From positions 4,495,911 through 4,559,910 of the forward strand of contig CAJFCJ010000007.1 in NCBI GenBank assembly GCA_904063045.1: a stretch of 64,000 nucleotides of DNA. The letters are read 5' to 3'. The position numbers and the translations under genes were made by a program. Shown piece after piece: positions 49,601 to 62,456 of this stretch (within the stretch, counting starts at the first letter, position 1; each line of letters starts with the position of its first letter). The notes under the pieces are model-generated. The model had not been told where the DNA came from. It saw nothing but the letters and a program-made list of their open reading frames with translations, and ran no database searches. This DNA is from Dimorphilus gyrociliatus. Lineage: Eukaryota > Animalia > Annelida.

Positions 49601-52600
49601 CCTAGTCTCTCGTGAAATCTGTCTGCATGAAAAAGAAGAGATTCAATGTCATAGTCAATGTCAAATTTAAACTAAGAAGAAAGAAAAAAGATAGTACTGT
49701 AAAAGATATGATAGATGAGTGACACAAAAATGTATTCTACACTTTACTTGTTTTCTTTTTAGAAGTGTATAAAATCAATGGTTTACTTAGCTGGAACTGA
49801 TGAATATCAATTTGACGTTTTTAGCATTTTTTAAACGTTCGACGCTCCATAGGCTTAGTTTATCATAGAATTTAAGACGACATGCTATACGTGATTCTGT
49901 TATTAATAACCATAAAGATACGTTTAGAGTTGTGTTTATTATTGATATAAAAATGAAGTATATAAGGCACCGTAAACTTTATAATTTGTTAGTAATAACT
50001 ATAGAATTCCATTGATGGATATTTATATAATATAGACCTACTTTGTTAATATTTACTCTCAGTAATATATTTGATTGTCTTGCCCAGTAGTGTTATTATG
50101 GTACACAAAGGCATAAAGGCGTATAAAATAACTACCGTGATTTAAAATAAACGTTTATACTCATTCTCCCAGTTTATATGAAGAGGAAATGAATGTAGGG
50201 ATGAGAGACATATCCGAAGGGACCGAAAATAGCCGTCAATGTTAATTAGTTAGTAAAGAATTTTTATAAGAAAAATGAAATTATGTAAAATTGAACGCAT
50301 TCCTAGAAAAATCGTCTAGATAATCGCGTCATGTCGTATAAAGGTCGATTGTTTGTCTCGCATTAAGTCGCTTGATCGCATTATTCTCAGTTCTGACGGT
50401 CGTTGCATTAAGCCGATAATTTTATCTCCACTCCAGTTGTTTGCCTAATGATAAACAGTGGGACTATATTGGTTATAGGATGATCGATTATTTTTCTTAA
50501 AAATTTCTTATTTTCATTATGAAATCAATAATATTTGTCGACTTTTGGCAAAATGTTACCAATTCGTCAATGTTTGTCAGCTAAGCTTTCCATAAACTTA
50601 ATAATCAAGCTGAGTGTTTGTAGTTTCGTACGATAAGATGAAAAAAGTTTGATTTCCTGCTGAGTTGATGGCGGATATGGGAGACGGTTAAATACTGCAT
50701 TATTCTCATTAGGCGCTATTATAGGTTCCGCTATTTCAGCTTCTGTAGACAATTTTGTCAGTAGAATCTTTTAAAATAAAGTAGATTTGGGGGAAATGAA
50801 ATCCATTTTGCTGTTGTTTTTTCTCTCTCTCTTCTTCTTCAAAGCGTGTATTCTTTGCATTTTGCAGAATGCGCTGTACTTATATCGCATTAAATGTTAC
50901 TACTTATAAGGATTGAAAACTTTATAAAAGTTATACGTAGCTCTCCTGCAAAAAAAAAGGGACAGCAATTCAATAGACGCCGAATTAGTTTTGTATTGTA
51001 GACACGTCTATACATTAGGCAATCTTGGTTTATTGATGATTTCTATGTTAAGATAAATTTTGTAAATTCTCTGTTTCTTTATAGAATTTACAAGTAATTA
51101 TAATTTTAGATAGCCCAAAACTAAATCGAAAATAGAAAAAACCGGATGAGCTAATTGATTTATTTTGCCACCCTTTTAACAGAATTACGCCAGCGGATCG
51201 GAGAGGTCAACTGGGCATGAATGGATTAGCGGAGGGTATCGGTAGAGCTCAGGGATTCGGTTTGGAGCTAATGCTCACTTTTATAACGGTTTTCACGCTA
51301 TTTGCAACCGTTGCGCCTGAGAGAAAGATGGCTGGAAGTCCGGCTCTGGCTATTGGATTATCTGTGACGGCTGCCCATCTTGTAGGCGTAAGAATGACTG
51401 GATGTGCAATTAATCCAGCAAGATGCCTCGGGCCGGCATTTATTATGAATAAATGGAATTTACAATGGGTAAGTAGTATTTCTACTAAATTGAAATTAAT
51501 AAGGGTATTTTTCCTTTATCATAAATCAGTACCATACCTACTGAAAATAATTAACAATTATTACTATTATTATATAATTTCTCTAGAGTACTCATTAATT
51601 ATTAGTAAATTAACTCTTACCTTACTTGACCTTTTAACGATAACCTTTATATTTTAACTAAGAACAGTTTAGAAATATTTCTCTTTTTTCTTGACCAATT
51701 AGTTGTATTCCTTTGTTATTTCGGAGGATAAATTTGACGTAAATTTCTTGACAATTCTTTTATTTATATACATAAAAAAAACATATATAAACGACAAACA
51801 AAAAAAGATGATGTAAGTGGACAATAGATTGTATATAGACAGATGATAGGAAACGGAAGCAGGTGGTGAATAAGGCCTTATAGCCTCAGTATCTCTCATC
51901 ACTATCTTTTCCCATCACTCGTTTAATTAAAAACTTAGCAAGCGTTCTTTTCTTGGCTTTTCTAGTTTTTTAGTTTTTCTTCCCTTTTCCTAAGGAGAGG
52001 GACAAAATTTATAACTCTTTTTTTTATGTATATTTAGACTAACAATGACTGCTTAATCAACCATTGAACATGTGTCACCTTGAACCAATTGATAATTATA
52101 TGGGATTAAAGGGGAACTGATCAAAAAGGGGAGGAGAAAGAGGAGTGGAAGAAGGGATTTTTTAATATCTGGTTGCTTGTAAAAAAAAGAAAAAAGAGAA
52201 TGCTGTTTCTAAATTCTTTATCTAAATCCAAAAAAAATTTCTTATAGGCTTAATAAATGATTGAATGTTTTTTTCATTTGAGATAATCCCTTTTTATTCC
52301 TTAAGTTTTAGAGCATTTACTTATTTCTCTTTTATTTTGCTTACAGCTCTACTGGGCGGCAGCAATGGCTGGTGGATTAATTTCCGGTCTACTGTACGAA
52401 TATATTTTCGACCCTTATAAAAAACCTTGTAATAATGCGAAGAGTAGGACAAATATAAAAATGGATCAATTAGATACGTCCAGCGCCATCTGTAACGGGT
52501 CCAGGAGAAGGAAAGAGTATACTGTAAGCAATAATAATTTTAGTCTAGTTTTCCGTAAAACAAAACTAATTTGGTGGATTTTTTCAGAGGGTTGGAACAG

Positions 52601-52740
52601 GATGCTCGACAAATGATGACTTAATTCCAGAGACATGGTGTAGATCCCTAGTAAGAGAAACAAGTAGCGCCACCCAATTAACTAGGGCAACTTCAATTGT
52701 TAGCGGGAAGATGAACATGCCTACATCAGAGATTCGATGA
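43667..52740 (+). CDS. bib: Aquaporin, big brain (BIB)-like / AQP4-like
   Basis: [24 protein letters not shown] (BIB-type N-terminus); [10 protein letters not shown]; [14 protein letters not shown] (second NPA 51412-51420); LLYEYIFD. Exons 43667-44064, 51183-51468, 52347-52523, ~52588-52740. Confidence 0.88.
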
Positions 52741-52940
52741 GAAAGAAAAAGAAAAAATAGAACTGTACCGAACGAACGACATACAAGATAGAAGATAGAG
52801 GAAAGAAGATGATAAAAATAGAACAAGAAAAAGAAAACAACAATAGAAATAAGAACTATTCCATTTAATTTTCAACCGCTTTTATTTATTTTTCTTTACT
52901 ATATTTTTATTTAAACTGTAACGAAGATAAAGAAGCAAAA

Positions 52941-52941
<1 letters not shown>

Positions 52942-52971
<30 letters not shown>

Positions 52972-52980
52972 AAGAAGAAG
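52942..52980. repeat. (AAG)13 microsatellite downstream of the aquaporin stop
   Basis: Direct reading. Confidence 0.95.
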
Positions 52981-53842
52981 AAAGGAGAGATAAGAGAAAA
53001 TAGTCTTAAGATGTCTTTTTTTGTGATTTTTACGATAAGGATAACGATAATGAATGAATGAAAGATCTCATAAAATATTCTTTTTTTTTCCTACTATTTT
53101 ACATACCGAATAAGAAAATGTGTACATAAATAGACAAGTTTCATGTTTACAAAAGGAAACATCTGCTCCTTTATTTTTTATTTAGATAAAAATTTGTCTA
53201 ATACATTCATACAGAGAAAGAAGAATATATTACTTTACTACTTAATATTTCTTAATATAGGTCTAAAATATATTAATTATTTATTCTTATGAATAATTAC
53301 GGTTAATTAAATTATTTAATTAATTAGTTATTATTACTATATACTAACTAATTAAAAGTAATAAATGTATATTATAAAATTCCGAAGATAATTATCTATT
53401 CTGATTATAATTTTCCAGCTGTATAAATCATCTATGTCTTTTTCTTGCTCCTGGTAAAATGATTATGGTATCAAATAGATTGTATATTCTTACCATACAA
53501 ACGAAATTTTTTCTCTACTACATTTCTTTAGAACTTAAGAATAAATGGGGAAAAAATTGATAAGAAAATCTATCCTAAGCTAATACGTAGGCCTATATTT
53601 TATAGTTTTGCGTTATCTCAATAATTATATAGATATAAAAATAGTAGTGGAAATGGCTGTCTAACATATACGGGGGCATTGAAGATAAGGGTAATCTAAT
53701 CTTTATAGAAAAATAGGGAAAGTTTTAGTATGATCAAAGGTTATGCAGTCAAATAGGGAGGAGAGGAGAGAGGGCGAGGGAGAGAGAAAGAGGATAAAAT
53801 AAAGGTAATGGAAAATATACTAGCTTTTTACAAAGATATAGC

Positions 53843-54515
53843 TTAAAATAAAGTCGAGTTATTATGATTCCTTTCACAAATGCAAGCCCTTTTCTGAGCT
53901 GCTTTATAGGCAGAGCAGCCGAAACATTCAACGGATAAAATAAAGAATTCAGCTGACACGTGACATATACCTTTAAAAGCAATAAAAGTAAATATTAAAA
54001 AGTTATGTAAAATTTATAAATATATTAACTTTTTGATATTTTCCATTGTCTACTATGACATTCAATTTGTAGGCAGTCTGTTAATTTTTTGTCACAAATT
54101 GCCTTATTCATTAAACATTTCCCATAGCATTTATCGTGAACAGAGCAGCATGTTTTAAATTGTTCAAATGTAAAATTTAATATTTTCTAATAAATAAATA
54201 AATGAAAAGAACAACAATTGAATAATATTAATATAGTATTAATAAAACATATTTACCTCTAACCAAACGTATCCTGTAGGACCACAACCTACAGATGGAG
54301 TATAGCTAATGTTATTCATTGGAAATGTATCTGTCAAAAGGTAGATTTATTGTTATTTTACATGCCATTCCTAAAGTATTATAATATTTACCATTTGGAC
54401 AATCGAACTTACAATCCTGATTCGAAGCGCACCCGTAATTAAACGGCAAATGGTTAATTAACATTAAAGTCATACTTGTAAATAGCAGCTTAAAATAACC
54501 ACTTAATAGTAACAT
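53843..54515 (-). CDS. Group XII-like secreted phospholipase A2, paralogue A
   Basis: Hydrophobic leader; CKFDCPN|D; SVGCGPTG; CCSVHDKCYGKC; ICDKKLTDCL; last exon ICHVSAEFF..V..FGCSAYKAAQKRACIC. Last intron phase is ambiguous. Confidence 0.8.
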
Positions 54516-54782
54516 TTTCACGGCTAGATACTCTTCAAACGATAAGCAAAACTATAAAGAATTAATATAAAAAGAAGATTATAAAAACAATGAATAATTA
54601 TTCAACTGGTATAAAACTTTTGTCATTGATATGTATTTATGTATAGGAATAGTGAATAATACCTTGTACTCAAAAGGTAGAAAGGTTATTTTTATCTTGT
54701 TTGTTTTGTTCTCTCATTTCCAAGGCTTTTTCTTCCTTTTTCCAAACCTTAAGAGTAATAAATTCTATATTATTTATCTCTC

Positions 54783-55190
54783 TTAACAAACACAAGAATC
54801 CTTTTTAGTGTCTTTAAAATATTTACAACCGAATTTTTCCACAAGTTTCTTAGCTAAAGCCGATTTACCGATGCAGACATTCTGATAGACGTATTAAATA
54901 TTTTTAAGTGCAAACCTATTTTACTGTTATTTGGTATATTTACAAGATTTCATGTCAAAGTTCCACGATTGTCAATCTTCCCAAAAGCACTAATAAAATT
55001 CATGATCGCATTCTTTTCTTAATAGCTTGAATAGCATTGATTACTTTCCGAGCAGCGAGATATTCTCTTAAAATCATTTTGGAAGTTTTACACTTCCGTG
55101 CAATATGCTTCTGGCTTATAAGGTAGAGACAATCTTTATAGAATTAATTAACTCATGAAATGAGTTGCATGATTCGCTATTTTATCTTGG
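54783..55190 (-). pseudogene. Group XII-like sPLA2 pseudogene
   Basis: Last-exon remnant CIGKSALAKKLVEKFGCKYFKDTKKDSCVC* is open. Upstream ECDHEFY*CFWED*Q has stops at 54990-54992 and 54972-54974, the CCxxHDxCY motif is degraded to RCSESNQCY, and there are frameshifts. Confidence 0.8.
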
Positions 55191-56025
55191 TGATTATTAG
55201 CATTTGGGAATATATATACTGTATATATACAGTATATATAAGATATAAATCTATATCTTCTATTTAGTTATTTAACTGATAAAAACCTTGTTATTTCTTT
55301 TATATTAAGAATTAAACGGAAATTTTAACTGTAAAATTATTGGCTTTTTAAAAACTGAAAGTCTATTCCAGCTGGTTTTTATTTCTATATATTATATTGA
55401 TATTTGAGCAAAATTTTAATTGACTCAGGTAATTCTAGTACCAATTCATCAATCGTAAAAACATTCCATACTGTATTTTTATATATTTTTTGTTACCAAT
55501 ATATCTATGTTTATTAATAGAGTAAATCATTTGTCAATTTACTGACTTTTTATAGGTTGACAGGGTAATGAGGCTACTTTCATCCCTGATTTCTTTTTTT
55601 TTATAAAATCAATATTTCAATTGAAAAAGGGAATCAGCAGGGACTTGATCAAACTCGAACCGGATATAAAGTAATTGGAAAAAATATTGAATGCTTCAAT
55701 AATTTTTCATATTCTTTTAGATTGAATTATTTTTGTATTAGCTTATTTAAAAATATGATAAAAGCTAACAAAAATTATACTAAAAAGGCAAAACTTTAAC
55801 GTTTTGAATAGAAATTTATAAAGGAAAAAACGTTCGAATAAAATAGTTCTGTGTTTACACAAAAAAGAAATACATTTTAATATTTAATTTGACAAATATA
55901 ATCTTATTTCCTGTTTATTAAGCAATTTATATAATTAATGTACTAGAAAAAAGGATAAAGGTCGAATATCTAGACAGAGAGATCAGAATAGACTAAAGCT
56001 TTGCAATACTATTCTACTGTAAAAT

Positions 56026-56092
56026 ATGAAGTTTGTAATACTACTACAGGTATAAAGTAATTATTAATGTCTTTCTTCTAATATATCATATA

Positions 56093-56131
<39 letters not shown>

Positions 56132-57867
56132 ACTGTATAAACAGTTGATTCAAGTAGTTTTTGGAAATTTTCCAATTCTAACTCAAATTCAATGGAGTAC
56201 TGCAACATCTGGTAACGGTTATCGCTCCTTAGAAGCTCTATTTATCCTACCGGAAGGGGTAATTGATACCGATTTGAGCATTCGTTGGACATACTATGAA
56301 GCTACAAAATTCTATGAAAAATATTATATTTTTCAAGGTAAATATTATGAAAAATAGAATATTAGAACATACTTCCTGATCATTAAACTTTTATTCTACC
56401 TGAAGATGGCGTTAATAATTGCACAATAAAGTTCTTTCCCTCCAATACAAATGGAATTCATTTTCTATTAAATGAACTAACATTTGATGATGAAAAATTA
56501 GTAAATAGAAATGATAAGAGCGTAATAGAAAGATATTTCAACATGAAGATTGAACTACTCAAAACTGGAAAATTACAGGAATTTAACATTTTTCCAAATT
56601 TCGATTGTTCTTTTTGTGAAGTAACAAATATAAAGAAGCTAATAGACTGGAAAATTGAACCAGATAATCCTTTATTGATTTATGAACAGAGCTCAAGTTT
56701 TACACAATTACATAATATGTCTGTATATGAAGATTTATCTATGAATTTACATATTGAACATCATCGATCTCACATTGATGAGAATACCAAGTCACACCAT
56801 AGACAAAGACATACAGAATTTAGTGATTATTCTTTAAGATTTTACGAACAGAGCTATGGTAATAATTTAAAAACAACCTATATTTACAAACATAAGGATT
56901 TTGATGGAGCGAGAATATCTATGAATTTAAGTGAATCTGTTGTGAAAACTGATAGAGAATATGTTGATGGAGTATATAAATACTCTTTATATCCTAAAAA
57001 AAAAGTTATTAAGGGTGTAAAATCAACAATTCTAATTGAATTTAAAAGATATACTAATAGATATCAAAGAAGAGAGAAAAAAGTAACAAGTTTATTCAAG
57101 AGGTTAAGACCGTATATTGGCGCTTGTTCTAAAGTTAATTCATATTATGGCACGGGAAGTTACATAAATGGTGAAAATTTACTTTTATATCTCAACAAAC
57201 CCGATTGTTTAGCTTGTAGAGTTGAACACGACTATAACGAATTTGTTGAAATATCCCTATTTCATAATGATTTACAGCTAACTGATACTACTAGAACAGT
57301 ATCAAATGGATTTGAGACGACGGTAATTGAATTGAGTTTCGTTTGGTTATCATTTAATCTATAACTTATATCTTCCTCTTAGCTATATCAAATGTTTGAT
57401 AATGTTACTGAAAATGATCGAGGTAAGTATACATGTAAAGTTGGGACACCTGTTCAAAGGTACGGAGATTATCCTACAATAATGGCTCATGTTTTTCCTG
57501 TTAAACCATTAACAATTTCAATGAAAAGTGTTTACGTAGATGAGAAAAAGGTATGGTGTTAAAGTATATTAAAAACGTTATAAACTACTATAATATTAGA
57601 TTTCAGACAATGTACGATTGTGAATATACTGGTCTGAAAGATCCCAAAGGATATGGATATGAGGATTTTTTTACTCTTTCTGACGAAAAAACTAGCGAAT
57701 ATTTTAACTGGGAAATTGTTGAAGACAATGGTCCTAAGAAAAAAATTCGAATTACAGTTGATAACAGAGTATTTAGGGAATCTTATTGGTCATTTGGTTG
57801 TCGAGTGAAAGAAGGACCTCTTGCAACGTATGCTCTGGTAGACATGAACAATAAGGATTTTTTATAG
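56026..57867 (+). CDS. Secreted orphan protein with a His-rich segment and two C-terminal Ig-like domains
   Basis: Signal peptide MKFVILLQ|LIQVVFG; five exons phased; Ig F-strand motif NVTENDRGKYTCKV; second Cys pair (YDCEY...SFGCRV); no TM segment. Confidence 0.72.
56097..56126. repeat. (TA)n microsatellite, intronic
   Basis: Direct reading. Confidence 0.95.
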
Positions 57868-58014
57868 ACAAAGCTAAAGAAAGTACAATAATGATAAATC
57901 CAAAGTTTATTGGTAGAATAGTTCACAGACAATTAGAAGAAACTATTAAAATATTAGAGTGTATGAATCAATTCTCTTGCTATTCTAACGTATTCTTTAA
58001 TACCATCATATATA

Positions 58015-58673
58015 CAGTCGCGATATTAAGTAATTATAACAAGAGTAAAAATATCTAAAATTCGAAATATCTTGATTTACAAATGAAGTTTATGGTTAGG
58101 AATAATTTTTTCTGTAAGAGAGATGACTTATGAGGCATCAGGTGATACTGAATAGGAATTTCAGTATTTTCTAGAATGCCTCCAACTGTCGATTTTGGGT
58201 TGATCTACATGTTCTTGTGAGTTGCAGTTGCATCCTCCTGGCGATTTTATGTGGTCTACCAGACAAATGCAGGTCATTTATTGTTTTAAATTGCTTGAAC
58301 TGATTCTTTACATTCTGCACTGTAACTGGGCTGCAATTAAATTTTGCTGTTATGCCTTGAATGGTCAATTTTGGCCCGCTTAAGTGGAACAGGATATCTT
58401 TGCAGATTTCTAAAGATAGCTGATGCATTTTTTAATATTTCCAAAAGAATGGTATGTTGTAAGTTCAAGGGAACAATATTTGTAGACCAAATTACTTAAT
58501 AGCTGTCTAAATTCATAGTATGGTAAAAAAGAAAGATAAATTGATTCTTAAAATATAGATATTTACCTGAAATTTTCCATCATGTTTCACAACCATACAC
58601 TTTATTCCTAAATCAAAATATTTCGATTTTTAGACATTTTTACTCTTCTTATAATTACTTAATATCGCGACTG
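58015..58673 (-). mobile_element. Non-autonomous Tc1-like deletion derivative (659 bp)
   Basis: ~83-bp TIRs starting CAGTCGCGATATTAAGTAATTATAA (58015-58097 and 58591-58673), with TA on both sides. Internal ORF 58171-58428 encodes only the N-terminal HTH and SGRPHK motif. Confidence 0.93.
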
Positions 58674-59209
58674 TAATAACCTGCAGTAACAACGCTCCTT
58701 CTCTATTTAATAAAAAGGTTGCCTATAAATAATTTTTGAGCGTCTAATTCTAATGACTTAATAAGGAAAGGAACATAATGATTTAATATCTAGTTTCCAA
58801 ATTCTAAGATATTCCTTATCTTTATATATTAATTGAATAATGTCTAATATGTGATTTCTATTCAAATATGTCTGTAAATGATTAAAATTCACTCCAAAGC
58901 GGACAGACTGAGAAAAGAAACGATAAAATATTTAAATAAGTTAGAGTATATAACTATTATTACTATTATAATAAAAAATCTACGTAAGCAAATTTCAAGT
59001 ACCACCATCGAATAATGAATATCGATAAATAGGCATAAAATTTGAATAAACCTTGGAAATTGTATAAGGTGAAACGTTTTCCAATAATAACATATAAATA
59101 TAGAATGTATTAAATGAATATTCAGAGTGTTAAAGCTATTCGAATTTATCATATTTACAAATAGTTTACCTTTGTTGCAATGAAACAATCACAAAATGAT
59201 AATTTTAGT

Positions 59210-60652
59210 TTATATTTTGAATAAACATTTTTTTACTTCTCTTAAAGAATATTTATGAAATCCATATTGTACATTAAAGGCTTTCATTTCATTATTATGG
59301 AAAAGTTTTGTTTCGAAAATAAGACAATATACTTTATTCTTTAATTCATAAATTGCTATACAATTTTCATCTTTGTTACATTGATTTAAAGAGATAATCA
59401 AACTGTAACATGATAAATTCTGTGAATATCCATTAATTATGAATCTGCTCGCTGTTTTTACACGGAGATAGCGTTTGCTATCATTTTTTCCAAAAGCTTC
59501 AACATTTAGGATCTCCATCCTCTCTGTTGAATTGATAATCAGATATCTTCCATTTAAATATCTGTTACACTTTCTAACTATTGATATAGCCTTCTCTTCT
59601 GAATCATAAGTTACAGAGTTCCAATCTTCTGGTAGAATTTCTGTACATTTGTAATAACTTCGTGATTTATCATTCTTATTGTTTAATATATAAATATATA
59701 CTGAAGTATTTGGAGCTTCTCTAAAACTAATAAGAATTTGAAAAATTCTGAAGCCTAAGAATTTATATGTGAAAGAATGTTTAGGAGTTGAAATATGTTG
59801 GTTATGCAATGGTGGAATTAAGTTTAAATCGTCAACTATTTCCTCTGAAAATGTAACAAATATTTTGTTTTACAAGTTTTTCATTCATAATATTTAAATT
59901 CGCTTATAAAACCTTTTTCAACTATAAGGAGATCAGTATAAATCATTTGAAACATATAAATACTCTCGCTTCCCTTCTGTGAATGATTTATTTCGTCTCC
60001 AATAGATATATTCTGATATTTACTTCCCCTTCTGAAAGAATAGGAAAGATTGTGTTTGTCTTCAACGCTCCTGTCTAAACGAGGAAAACAATGTTTATCT
60101 GCCAAAGTAGCAACGTGAAATCCTAGGAAATCGTCATTGCTTAATTTATAAGGTCGGACAACAAATTTCGAATGAAATCCTTTGCTCTCTCCATTTTGCA
60201 CTTTAAGACTATGCATCAATTTATATATAAAATTGCCGACATGCCTCCACATATCTTAAAAAGATATTTATAAAAATGCATTATTATTCATATTTCATTG
60301 TCTTTAAACATGTAATGCCTACCTAAATAGCAAACAGAATTATCTTTTCGATTAATATAGTTCCATCCAATGAGATACGCTCCTTCGTATTTTCTTTGAG
60401 AGTCCGTAAGTACGATTGCATAATTGCTTCCAAGCTTATAATAAGATTCTAAATAATCATAGCTATTTATTTTAAAAGAAGGATTAACTTTATAACCATC
60501 ATTATACACTCCTAAAATGAAGATATTTGAAAGAAAAGTGGACTATTATCTTATAAATCATCAAAGAAATGAGAAAAATAATTACTACCTTTTGTTAAAA
60601 ATATGAAATATATAAGAATATTAGTTAGTAGTTCTAGTCTCATAATCCTCAT
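59210..60652 (-). CDS. Secreted modular protein: N-terminal beta-rich domain + F-type-lectin/F5-8-like domain + PAN-like domain
   Basis: Leader MRIMRLELLTNILIYFIFLTK; four exons phased. C..YLNGRYLII.....MEILNVEAFG resembles an F-type lectin C-terminal strand; LNQCNKDENCIAI......CLI resembles a PAN motif lacking its first Cys. Confidence 0.65.
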
Positions 60653-61241
60653 AAAGTAATGTACAGGAGACAATACTCATGAACACTGTAAAAAGACACT
60701 AGAAAACCCAGCAAGTTAATGAATATTTAAATATATTATTGATATATTCATAAGTAAATATAATTATTAGAAAATCAGTTAATTCTGATAAAATACTCAT
60801 TGATTAGATAATAACCTTTCTGTTGTATGAATAAGAGAAATATTTACTATATTAAAAATATAATATAATAATATAGAAAAGAACATATATATAAAAATGG
60901 TTAATCTCAAGGTTCATGAATAAAAATACTCTACACCTTTTTCAGGAAAAGTTAATTTGTTATTGATCAAAGATTTGACATACTTACTACAAAAGAGAAG
61001 AGGATTTTATATATATGAGTAAGGAGTATCTTTGATCGCTTAATTTAGGATAATATAAGACTTTCATTGATTCTATTATCTCTTATATTCGATTTAATAT
61101 ATATAATATACTGTTTATTGACATACTTCTAAAATAGTCTAAAATGATCCAGAATAAAATTAATTATACATGTTTTCATAGTGTTTTTCTTTATATAAAC
61201 AAACAGGAATAATAGCTATAATGATTCTAAAATCCTTTTTC

Positions 61242-61846
61242 TTAACATGAACATCCATTTTTTTGGGAGCTTTTAAAATATTTGCAGCTTTTTGCCTTAA
61301 GAGCTGCTTTCAGAAGGTTAGTCTTTGCGTAGCATACTATAAAAGAAGAGAAAAATAAATAAGAGAGATAATCATATTGTTATAGTTTTAAACATTTACT
61401 TACCCAATCTAGTTAGAAAAGACCATTTCTTACAACTCTGTTTAAGGCACTTTATGAAATCCGAGTCACATTTATTTCTCTTATTTCCGCAAGTTGCAAA
61501 GCAACGATCATGCTTTTTGCAGCATGACTTTTTAAATGAAAAATTACCAATTACCTTGAAGATTCAATGATTATTTATTAGATATTATTGTTATTGTGAT
61601 TGTTTAGCAGTTGTACTTATACCTTTACCCATTTTGGGGAATTTTCAGGTCCACAATTAGAGCCATAGTTGGTATTTGGATTTTGAATTGGATTTTTATT
61701 TCCTATTTATATAACAAAGAAACAAATATGATTATCATAGTGCAAAAAAGTATATTATTACCGTTTGGGCAGTTGTAGGAACAAGAGAAAATTCCCTTCA
61801 GTAAAAATACAATAAAAAATATACAGAGAGCAAAATGAGCTTTCAT
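61242..61846 (-). CDS. Group XII-like secreted phospholipase A2, paralogue B (very cationic)
   Basis: Signal peptide MKAHFALCIFFIVFLLKGIFS; CSYNCPNG; SNCGPE; CCKKHDRCFATCG; KCDSDFIKCL; SQKNGCSC*. Four exons in frame. Confidence 0.9.
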
Positions 61847-62456
61847 TTTTGAATTTTAAAATCAATGGTTGTTTAAAAACGGCCTTATGGTAGGAAATGA
61901 CAATTTGTTTTTAATTAATGCCATTTAGCATATTTAAATTAGCTAATTAATAATATTAGGGGGGCAAGTCAATTAGAGTATCTCATAAAATATCAGCAGA
62001 TGTTACGAATAAAAAGGAATTTTTTAACACAGGTCAAAATGATTCGATAAACAATTTTTTTTATCATTAAGTCCCAGTTAGCTTTTTAGTGTAAATGTAT
62101 GATATGTCTCGAAGGTATGAAACTCAGGTTCATGTCACTATCGGGTTGGTCGACGTGATATCATATTTTCTTGACAAAAGTAGGTGAGGTCAAGTCATAC
62201 TAAAAGACATGGCACGAATGTGGTGCATAAATAACTGAGCAAAGTCAGGTAACCGGTTAGGAGACACAAAAAAAAATAAAATAGGATATACTGTACAAGA
62301 AGCAATTCTAACAGAAAAGTTTGTGTCAGTGAGAGAGACCGATAAAGTTCGAAAAATAAAATTAAAACGAAGTTGCCAAGGCAAATTCGTAATACAAAAC
62401 TACATTTTCTAAAGCTCCTGTTTGATAAAAAACCTTATCTTGTCAAATATATTTAT

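Noticed and set aside
50664-50774. [14 protein letters not shown], resembling an MFS sugar-transporter helix, in the aquaporin intron
   Set aside because: Isolated ~35 codons, bounded by stops, with no further exons; not in phase as an aquaporin cassette exon.
58889-59188. 99-aa minus-strand hydrophobic ORF
   Set aside because: Non-ATG start and composition typical of AT-rich non-coding DNA.
62190-62400. Short ORFs between PLA2-B and PLA2-C
   Set aside because: No transposase or domain motif and no terminal repeats recognised.
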